DNA of 63,726 bases, the filler included, from Aduncisulcus paluster (Eukaryota): the NCBI GenBank assembly GCA_024181965.1. It is 16 parts of 16 records of this genome, joined end to end, with 100 filler letters (N's around TTAATTAATTAA, not from the genome) between each part and the next. Parts side by side here need not be neighbours in the genome. Positions count along the whole stretch, not along the records: positions 18,436 to 24,390 come from BQXS01000477.1; positions 24,491 to 26,478 come from BQXS01000478.1; positions 26,579 to 27,826 come from BQXS01000480.1; positions 27,927 to 29,197 come from BQXS01000481.1; positions 29,298 to 42,502 come from BQXS01000482.1; 11 more parts are not named here. One strand, 5' to 3'. Positions within the stretch are counted from its first letter, which is position 1. Each line of letters starts with the position of its first letter. Both the position numbers and the translations under genes were made by a program. A model generated the notes under the pieces. The model was given only the letters and a program-made list of their open reading frames with translations, was not told the origin of the DNA and did no database searches. Of this stretch, positions 23,364 through 32,512 are shown piece after piece.

Positions 23364-24390
23364 TTAGGCACAGAGACCTGCAACAACGGAGGATTCAATA
23401 CCACACTCGTTGTCACCCTTGACGATACGGAAGAAACCAGCTTCTCCCCAGTCAGCTCCCCAAGAGTTGGCAACAGTCCAGTACTTGGTATCTTCTTCAA
23501 GACCCCAACCAACAATCTTGATGGCGTGACCTCCCATGTATGAACCCCAGGTGTGCTCGTAGATACCACTAGTGTAGGAGTAGAAATCTTCATAGACGCT
23601 GAAGGCAGCTTCAACGGGACCATTGTTAAGGATCTCAGTTGCAATAGAGGTCTCGTTAGAGTCAACGTTGTAAATGGTAGAAGCCTTGTAGAAAGTCAAA
23701 GCTGAGCCATCATCACAAGTAGTGGGACAAGGAAGCTCCTTACCGTCATCATAGGTGACATCAGCGTAAGGGAAGCATTCTTCAGTGACATCTCCAGTGG
23801 TCTTCAAGAAAGCCCAAACGAAGTCAATGTTACCTCCATTGCAGCCATTCTCCGCTGTATCACAAGAAATGAGGTACTCGGGAGAAAGTTCAATGAAATT
23901 GGAACCACGAGCGATAGCACAACGGTCAGAAAGAACTTCAGAAGCACCAAAAGCCCAGCAACCACCACATTCACCTTGGTCACGGATACCTCCAATAAGT
24001 CCAGGCCAGGCGGTGGAGGATTCGAAGGATTCAGGAAGAGCATCAGCAGACATGAAGTGACGCTTCACGGGAAGGGCAGGACGCTCAGTGGAAGTACGGA
24101 GGATTTTCTTGGCTTCAGAAATAGTCATACCCCTGAAACGGTCGTACATCTTGGCAGTCCACTTGGAGTTGCTGGCGTTGTGCTCAGCAATCTTCTCAGC
24201 AACCTGGAGGAGAGCAGTATCAATGGCACCGATGTGGTCAAGGTCTGGAGTACCAGCAGTAACATTACCCTCAATACCACACTCGTTAACACCCTTAACA
24301 ATACGGAAGTAACCGTCTTCTCCCCAGTCAGCTCCCCAGGAGTTGGCGATGATCCAGTAGTCAGTACCATCTTCAACACCCCAACCAACA
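23364..24390 (-). CDS. Tandem cathepsin B-like (papain C1A) protease: C-terminus of domain 1 fused in frame to propeptide and complete domain 2 (5' truncated)
   Basis: Open frame from the contig edge: VGWGVEDGTDYWIIANSWGADWGEDGYFRIVKGVNECGIE...TAGTPDLD, linker, WTAKMYDRFRGMT, then QGECGGCWAF, GGHAIKIVGWG, YWTVANSWG. Confidence 0.93.
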
Positions 24391-24490
24391 NNNNNNNNNN
24401 NNNNNNNNNNNNNNNNNNNNNNNNNNNNNNNNNNTTAATTAATTAANNNNNNNNNNNNNNNNNNNNNNNNNNNNNNNNNNNNNNNNNNNN

Positions 24491-24886
24491 CAACCAAGGA
24501 GATCTTTGTAAATACTGATAACATCATCCGTGGCAGCATTGGAGGGAGTGTATGCCAGACTTACACATGGATCATCACATGTTGGAGGGGTTGAGGGAAC
24601 AGTGGTTGATAACGATTCAGTCATATCTTTTCCGATGGCGGCAATAAATGGCACGGCATCTTCGAAAAGATTCTACAAAAAGGTCAAAAATAAACACAAT
24701 GAACAAGGAAGAAAATAGAAAATTCATGCTGTGACAAACGGATAAACATACCTGAATAGCAATAAGAATTCCCAACCACAAGAAAGGACTCAAAATGACG
24801 AAAAGAGTTCCCTTCCAGTTTCTGAGATGGAGAATAGTATTTTTTCTAAACAAAGCATTGAATTGCTGAAACCAATTCCGGGCCAT
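24491..24886 (-). CDS. ABC transporter subfamily A, N-terminal fragment; exons 24886-24752 and 24672-24491
   Basis: ABCA N-terminal motif QQFNALFRKNTILHLRNW followed by TM1. A 79-nt phase-0 intron 24751-24673 (GTATGT...TTGTAG) leads into an extracellular loop. Confidence 0.78.
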
Positions 24887-26307
24887 GTAACAAAATTGGA
24901 GTGTAATTCAGAACAAAACAGCACTGCCCAAGAATGATTTCCCAATCTGGTGAATTAGGCTCATAGATTGGTCAAATTAATATTAATCTTTTGTTAAATT
25001 GTATAATAAGATATATATCAGATAATTTGAAGATTTTATTATCACGATACTACGATTTTGAGATTTTGCCATGTTAGACAGTAATCTGTGTTTAAACTTT
25101 GAAATGGTGCATGATTTGCCACCCAATATTTTGTGGTTCAGTCATTTAATTCATTCTTTCTGTGATTAAATTATGATTTTCGATGTAAAATCGAAGTTCA
25201 TCATTTGGAGTTTGTAATTCACACCGTTTCGGCACAATTGAGGGTTATTTCCTGTTTCAAATGGCATAGAATTTATTTCTTTTGATGTATTTGTTTTCTG
25301 AAACATTGATATGAGGCTGGGTTGGTGTTGTCAATTCAATTGATCATATTGTGTTTCGAAATGTATCCACAAACAATCTTAAACTTCTTTTTCTGTGTCA
25401 TTTCTTTCTTTTTTTGCTCTCAGAGTGACATTCCTTCCGGATACTTAGGTGAAACAGACGTGTATTTGAGAGTCACTGGTTGTTGCGGTATTTCTTTCTT
25501 GTCAAGAAATTCTTGAAAAAGATAAAAAGCCATTTTAGGTTAAGGGTAGCTACTCTGCTTGATTTCGATTGAGTGGTGCCTCCCTTAATCAACCCTATGT
25601 CAGAATCTGACAGTCAGATGGCATTCGCGTTGGACTCTAAAGAGTTTCCTGCAGGAGGAGGTGTTTGGGGTTATGCGATTAAACGTTGTGTTTTTATAAC
25701 ACTGGACGAAGTCTTGTCGTTTTATTATCTTATGGTAATGAAATGGACATTATTTCTAGTTTACTACTGTGGACTGTTCCCTTTTTTGTTGATTGCTAGG
25801 GTGTAACGTCATGTATATTTCTTGATTTATAGCATTGTCAAGAAATAAAGATGGAATTATTTAGTAATTCATGCCTAATTTTTTATTTATTGTCTCCTCT
25901 TTGTGAAATGGAGTGACTCCATTGGAGTCATACATCCATTCATAATAATACTGGTGTAGTATTATGCTGTTTACTCCTTTTCTACCTGTTGGTGTTGTTC
26001 TTAGTCTTACGTTTGAGCTGATCATTAATCTTGTTGTGATAGATATGTTCGACACAATTCCTTTTGAATCCATGCATGTATGTGCGATAGTCCCCTGACT
26101 ATTAGTCTTGTGACTGATTGTCTTGTACTTTGTCATGTACTTTTGTTTGGAGTCTTGGCTTCTGACTGGTACCAATTTCCTTTTAAATTTGCCGAACTAA
26201 TATTGCCATGCCCTCTGTAGGTTACTATATCTAAATGTATTGATTTCTATTTTTTATTATGATGCAATCTGTGATTGTCGTTTCCACGAGTGTGATGGAA
26301 TAAATTA

Positions 26308-26346
26308 TGACTACGGATCAGGAGGGAAGCAGATAAGTTCAAGTCC
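26308..26346 (+). pseudogene. Degenerate partial tRNA-Arg(ACG), anticodon arm to T arm only
   Basis: TGACTACGGATCAGGAGGgaaGCAGataaGTTCAAGTCC matches the neighbouring tRNA on the opposite strand, with indels and no recognisable D arm or acceptor stem. Confidence 0.7.
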
Positions 26347-26375
26347 GTGGGCGATATTTTTCTAAAAGAAAAATT

Positions 26376-26448
26376 CGGACACAGCAGGACTTGAACCTGC
26401 AACCTCCTGATCCGTAGTCAGGTGCTCTGCCAATTGAGCCATGTGACC
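26376..26448 (-). tRNA. tRNA-Arg(ACG)
   Basis: GGTCACA-TG-GCTCAATTGGCAGAGC-A-CCTGA-CTACGGA-TCAGG-AGGTT-GCAGG-TTCAAGT-CCTGC-TGTGTCC-G: a full cloverleaf with one U-U mismatch in the acceptor stem, followed by T-runs. Confidence 0.93.
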
Positions 26449-26578
26449 GCTGAAAATATATTTTTGTAACATACCTCCNNNNNNNNNNNNNNNNNNNNNN
26501 NNNNNNNNNNNNNNNNNNNNNNTTAATTAATTAANNNNNNNNNNNNNNNNNNNNNNNNNNNNNNNNNNNNNNNNNNNN

Positions 26579-26910
26579 CTCCTAAACTCTCCAGTTCTCC
26601 CCTCTTTGACTCTCTCTTGACCATTGAGGATGGCAAGTACGAACCTGTTCATAAAATATTTGATGAAGTATTCACAGGTCTCACTCTGCTTGACCGTAAG
26701 AAACGCATGAGTGTGCATGAAGCTCGTGTGAAAGTCCAATGCATCAAACCTTTCCTTCCCACGATTGGCGAAGACTATGAGTGTCCAAGCATTGAAGCCA
26801 TTATCCGTGAGCAACGCAAGAAGTATGGTGGCTCTGTTGGAACCATTGAAGGAATGAGATGTGGTGTTGCTGGTGTTGAGCATGAGGAAGGTTGGGATCA
26901 GAGTCAGTGA
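26579..26910 (+). CDS. C-terminal fragment of a probable protein kinase
   Basis: IFDEVFTGLTLLDRKKRMSVHEA resembles kinase subdomain XI (LxxDPxxRxS/TxxEA). Catalytic motifs would lie beyond the contig edge. Confidence 0.5.
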
Positions 26911-27476
26911 GTGATGTGGAAAGATTCTGATGGATGATTTTATTCTTTATTCTTAATGCCATCAAGTTAATGGAACAATTGAGAGAAGAGTTCATTTCAA
27001 GCTTGAAGTTGATTGTTGATTGTTGAACAAGTTGCATACTCTCCTTCACGATGAGACATTATTATTGAACTTTGGAGCGTTGTTTGGAATTGTTCTCTAT
27101 TCTGTATTATTATTGTTGTTGTTATAAAAACATACATTCATGAAGTAAAAACATGGATCTAATTAATCATAAATTAATCGCACAATCACAATCACAATCA
27201 CAATATACTCCATCATTCGAGTCCAAGAAACTATCGTTGTTTGCACCTATCGTAGACTGTCTGAAGGAGAAAAGAACAGCGATAAATTGGCATCAAGGGA
27301 AATCGAATCGAAGATGCATTCTCTGTCAATGTAATGTAATCAACAGTGACAACGTGGAGTTCCATGAGAATTGGAATGATTCGATTATCATGGAACATAT
27401 CTGCACACAAATTGCCCATTGTTCAAGTCAAACATACCCGTGCCACTCAATATTGGTAAGATTTCTCTCTTTCTTC

Positions 27477-27826
27477 TCAGCATTCCATTTTAAGAAATTC
27501 TCCAACTTTCTCAGCAACTAGATATCCATCTTTTACGACAGTTTCACCACCCCTCAGGACGATATCTACCTTCCCCCTGAATTCCATGCCCTCATACACT
27601 GTATAGTCAGCATTCTCATAGAAGAAATCACTATCAACAGAAGCCTTTGTACTCTTGGAAGTGTCAATGATAACAATATCGGCATCAGATCCAACACATA
27701 TGGCGCCTTTTCGAGGGAAGAGACCGTATCTTTTGGCAGCATTCGAACTGACAACATCCACAAAACGTGCAGGATTCAAGTGGAGGAGAGAGTAGATTCC
27801 GATGAAACGATATTGAATGCCTCCAA
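27477..27826 (-). CDS. Dihydropyrimidinase/D-hydantoinase (amidohydrolase), C-terminal fragment
   Basis: RFVDVVSSNAAKRYGLFPRKGAICVGSDADIVIID...DYTVYEGMEFRGKV...RGGETVV...GEFL. Confidence 0.9.
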
Positions 27827-27926
27827 NNNNNNNNNNNNNNNNNNNNNNNNNNNNNNNNNNNNNNNNNNNNTTAATTAATTAANNNNNNNNNNNNNNNNNN
27901 NNNNNNNNNNNNNNNNNNNNNNNNNN

Positions 27927-29197
27927 CATTGATTCCAATCAATCGTCATATTGGCAATCTAATCTTAGTTGTCCCCACAAAATATTTATAAAATTTTCAA
28001 GGCCTATTTTTGTTAAGTCTTTCTACGTTCACACGTCAAATGGGGACGGAAATTACCAACCAGATCGTCTTAAAATTACTTTTTCTGAAGAAGGTGGTGT
28101 GGAACATGCGACTACCCCAGATAGTACAGCAAGAAATGATGGGTGGTCTGTCATTCCCTGCCCATCTCGGAGAAAGATAGAGAGAATTGAACTCTCTATC
28201 GAGTCAAACCATGATGGAGGATGTGATTGTCGAGTTCGTAATATCGCCGTTGAACAACTTAAGGGTGTGTTAGAAGAAGATAAAAAACAAATCCACTTGA
28301 AATCTCTCGCCAAAGACTTTCTCAAAATTATTCCTTCCGTCATTCTTGGAAAAGATGAAAAAGAGGAGAAACCACAGTTGATTGCTGAGGAAAAGGAAGG
28401 TATTCCTCCTGATTGTTCTGTAAAGTGTTCTTCAATCTCTCTCCCTGCTCACGAAATCATTCTCCGTTGCAGAATCTCCAATTTTGACAAATTCTGGGAT
28501 GATTCTGCACGTGTTCTTGATCTTAGTCAGTATGATGATGTCTCTATCCGTGGAATATTGATGTACGTCTACAGCGGATGTGCTGACTTGATCATTGCTT
28601 CTCTCTTGAAGTCAATGGCTGAGGTTGAGGATGAAAAATGCGAAGATAAAGCTGATATGGTGTCCTCAGTGTCCTCGGAGCTTCTTAAAAAGGCGATCAA
28701 GTCCACCCAACATCTCTACTCCATCGCCAAGGATCTTGGTGTTATTGGAGTCCTTGAATTCTGTCACGATTTCATTGCTCGTAATCTCAAACCCTCAGAG
28801 CTCGACATTGAGACCGTAAAGTTTGTGATTGAGACCAAGAGTGAGATCTTACATGAGATTGTTGCTGCCTTCATTCTCCACCTTCCATTTCCAAAAATGA
28901 AGGCCTTATTGGCACAAATTGACGATTCTTCCGTTCGAAAAATGGTTGAACTTCATCTCAAGAGTGAAATTAAGGTTGATGAAGATGAAAGCGCTGCCTC
29001 CAGTACAGGCGAGCAGGATATTATTGGTGATGTCATTGTCAAACCTTGGGATGATTTCAAGGAAGGAATGCGTGTGCATTTAAGATTGTCATCACTCACT
29101 AATGAGAATTTATTCTACGGTATCGGAACAATTTCATCAATATCAGAGAGCGATGTTATTGTCGATTTCATTGATATCAAACAAGTTACTATTCCAA
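27927..29197 (+). CDS. DOC/APC10-like domain plus BTB/POZ domain protein (both ends truncated)
   Basis: Frame is open from the contig edge: SSYWQSNLSCPHKIFI...NYQPDRLKI...IESNHDGGCDCRVRNI (DOC), then DCSVKC...AHEIILRCR..F...ILMYVYSG (BTB). Confidence 0.78.
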
Positions 29198-29649
29198 NNN
29201 NNNNNNNNNNNNNNNNNNNNNNNNNNNNNNNNNNNNNNNNNTTAATTAATTAANNNNNNNNNNNNNNNNNNNNNNNNNNNNNNNNNNNNNNNNNNNNCTT
29301 TCTATCCACACAGAATGGAACTTCCATTGTTCTTCAAGAACACAGTCCACAGGAAAACTTATCAACACCAGATAAGAAATCGCACAAAATCTCGACAGTT
29401 GGTATGTATTTTGAATCGAGGACTGAGGACAATGCAAATTTAAACAATAAAACGGACACAATACGAAACACAGACTTTGGACCGTCCAACTCTGTACTCT
29501 GACAGAGCGCTGCAGTTTGTAGATAGTTCAGGTTGAAGCCAAAAATTTCATACTGGCAATAAAATGAGTGCAGCAATGAAGTCCCACAAATATCGACATA
29601 TTACAATGCTCAAAAAGGAACATGGCAAGGAAGCACGATTTCACACAAA

Positions 29650-30090
29650 CTATTTCAGAGATGGAACAATTCGGTGCACGGCCTCAAGCTCGACAGAAAA
29701 GTGGAATTGTTCGGACTCTGGTCTTTGTTCAACCTGGGAAAGGATGGATTGGAGAGAGGCAACAACAGCTCGTTTCGACAAGAGATGACGAGTACATCTT
29801 TCTTCATCGTCATGGAATCTACGCTTTCCGGTCCCTGAATGTTGTTGAACTTCAAGCGAGTGTTTCTTAAATTCTTCTTTATCATGTACTCTCTGTTTCT
29901 TTTCATCAGATAACGCAGACTGAAGATCTTTGAGAGATTGTGTTGTCGAAAACATAAAATCGGAAAGTTCTTTCTCCTTTCCTTCTTTTTTAAGACATTC
30001 TTTGGGTTCTATTTCTTTCTTTGCTTCTTGAGCTTTCTCTTGCTTCTTGTCAATCACGAATCGAATGCCATACAAATAAATAACGAAAGA
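29650..30090 (-). pseudogene. Orphan coiled-coil tail of the expanded family
   Basis: IYLYGIRFVIDK...SDF..STxQ...LSDEKxQRVHDKEEF...SLxSxLSQV is homologous to the C-terminal half of 41443-42267, but lies out of frame behind the stop of the upstream paralog. Confidence 0.65.
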
Positions 30091-30479
30091 AAGATATTCT
30101 ATAACCATGGAAGCATCGCTAATCGTTCAATTGTTGCAAGTTCATGCTCTTTGGCGGCTTTCATTTTCTCTTGCTTATTGTCAATCACGAATCGAATGCC
30201 ATACAAATAAATAAAATCTTGTTTTCCATCCAGCGTTGATATAACATGAATATCACAAGAAATAACATTATCAAGATCTATAGGAAACTCTTGCCAGAAA
30301 TAATGCCTTGGAGGCATCTCTCCCATTTGATATTCTTTTGTAATCTTCTTGCCATCTGATGTTGTGAATGTAGCATCGAAATCTTTGATTNNNNNNNNNN
30401 NNNNNNNNNNGAGCTTTCTCTTGCTTCTTGTCAATCACGAATCGAATGCCATACAAATAAATAACGAAAGAAAGATATT

Positions 30480-31061
30480 CTATAACCATGGAAGCATCGC
30501 TAATCGTTCAATTGTTGCAAGTTCATGCTCTTTGGCGGCTTTCATTTTCTCTTGCTTATTGTCAATCACGAATCGAATGCCATACAAATAAATAAAATCT
30601 TGTTTTCCATCCAGCGTTGATATAACATGAATATCACAAGAAATAACATTATCAAGATCTATAGGAAACTCTTGCCAGAAATAATGCCTTGGAGGCATCT
30701 CTCCCATTTGATATTCTTTTGTAATCTTCTTGCCATCTGATGTTGTGAATGTAGCATCGAAATCTTTGATTCCATTCCGAAAACTATCATGACTTACAAC
30801 AAACTTACTGAGATAATGTCGTGTAACAAATGGGAGATGTAAATTGGGATAGAACCAGATGTGTTTTTTACCTCTTACGAATTGCAATAAATTAGAATGA
30901 TTATGACCACTGTGATAATCCCCATATGCTTTGGATCCATCAATTTCAGATAGATCTGGATGGCCAACAGGAAAGGGGCTTTCCAAAGCCGCTTTCAACA
31001 TTTCGTCAGTCGTATTTGTAATATCTAGAATATCTAGAATACATTTGCCAATAATTCTCAT
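30480..31061 (-). CDS. Expanded-family single-domain protein (MRIIGKC...GHPDLSEID...FTTSDGKK...PIDLDNV), short LPWL tail; copy 1
   Basis: Paralogous to 31453-32001 and 41443-42267. Its 3' part is repeated across the gap (30030-30390 = 30411-30770). Confidence 0.8.
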   Translation of the reverse strand: MRIIGKCILDILDITNTTDEMLKAALESPFPVGHPDLSEIDGSKAYGDYHSGHNHSNLLQFVRGKKHIWFYPNLHLPFVTRHYLSKFVVSHDSFRNGIKDFDATFTTSDGKKITKEYQMGEMPPRHYFWQEFPIDLDNVISCDIHVISTLDGKQDFIYLYGIRFVIDNKQEKMKAAKEHELATIERLAMLPWL

Positions 31062-31452
31062 CACAAACAATAACACAACTACGGATTATCCAATATCAAA
31101 TTAAGTAGAATAATAAACACAAATAACCTTCCAATTGCAAGGAAAAGCACAATTTTACAATTGTCTTGGAACAGAACAATAATATCCAAAATCGATGTTT
31201 CTTATCATTATTAATATGCATACATGATAATAAATCATTTATTTTGTAAACACATTTGTTCTCCAAATAAGGCGTACTCAGACATTGTTGACATTATTGA
31301 CAATACAGCGATATAAACATGAAAGTGACAATATACACGTGGTATCCATCATATCTCAAGACATGACAGGAAGTGATGGTTCATATAATATGATTGTTAT
31401 CAGGAAAGAAGTTGTATTCAATCCTTGTTGTAACAATGATATGAAGGATCAG

Positions 31453-32001
31453 CTATAACCATGGAAGCATCGACAATCGTTCAATGGTTGCACGTTCATA
31501 TTTCATTCTCTCTTGTTCTTTGTCAATCACGAATCGAACGCCATTCAAAAATATATAGGATCGTGATCCATCCCATGACGATATAACATGAATATCACAA
31601 GAAATAACATTATCAAGATCTATTGGGAACTCTTGCCAGAAATAATGCTCTGGAGGCATCTTTCCCATTTGATATTCTTTTGTAATCTTCTTGCCATCTG
31701 ATGTTGTGAATGTAGCATCGAAATCTTTGATTCCATTCCGAAAACTATCATGACTTACAACAAACTTACTGAGATAATGTCGTGTAACAAATGGGAGATG
31801 TAAATTGGGATAGAAAAAGATGAAACTTTCACCTCTTAAGAATTCCAATAAATCAGAATGATTATGACCACGATGATAATCCCCATATGCTTTGGATCCA
31901 TCAATTTCAGATAGATCTGGATGACCAGTAGGGTAGGGGCCTTTAAACATTTTGCCCCAATCATATCCAATATCTACAATACATTTGCCAATAATTCTCA
32001 T
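31453..32001 (-). CDS. Expanded-family single-domain protein, short LPWL tail; copy 2
   Basis: Tandem paralog of 30480-31061 with long identical stretches (PNLHLPFVTRHYLSKFVVSHDSFRNGIKDFDATFTTSDGKK). Confidence 0.8.
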   Translation of the reverse strand: MRIIGKCIVDIGYDWGKMFKGPYPTGHPDLSEIDGSKAYGDYHRGHNHSDLLEFLRGESFIFFYPNLHLPFVTRHYLSKFVVSHDSFRNGIKDFDATFTTSDGKKITKEYQMGKMPPEHYFWQEFPIDLDNVISCDIHVISSWDGSRSYIFLNGVRFVIDKEQERMKYERATIERLSMLPWL

Positions 32002-32512
32002 CACAAACAATAATAACACGCAAATATCGAAATTTAATTGAAATAAAAAAAGACAATAAACACCAGTAACCTCCCGCAGTTGCAAGGAAAAACACGATTT
32101 GTTGAATCGCGATCCAAAATCGTTGAATGAGCGTGCTTCTCACTTAATGGGGTGTCTCTTAACATTTGGAATACAATACAAAATGTTCAAGGAATCAAAT
32201 AATTAATTATATTTTTTCTTTATTCTCTTTCTTTCTATCCACACAGAATGGAACTTCCATTGTTCTTCAAGAACACAGTCAATTACTGTTTTTCCAATTG
32301 TTGATGAATGTGCTTGATAATAATCTCCAAGAAAAAGCCACAAAGTGAGTTGGAAAAAGATCGATAAGAAAATCGCATTTAGAAAGTGAAAAATATCGAA
32401 TATAGGATTATTTCAGGTTTTATGTGGTGACGATATAATTTTCAAACCTCGTAGTCAGAAACCCCCATAATATTTTAAAGGAATATACAAATACTATCTC
32501 CAACTATTCGTT

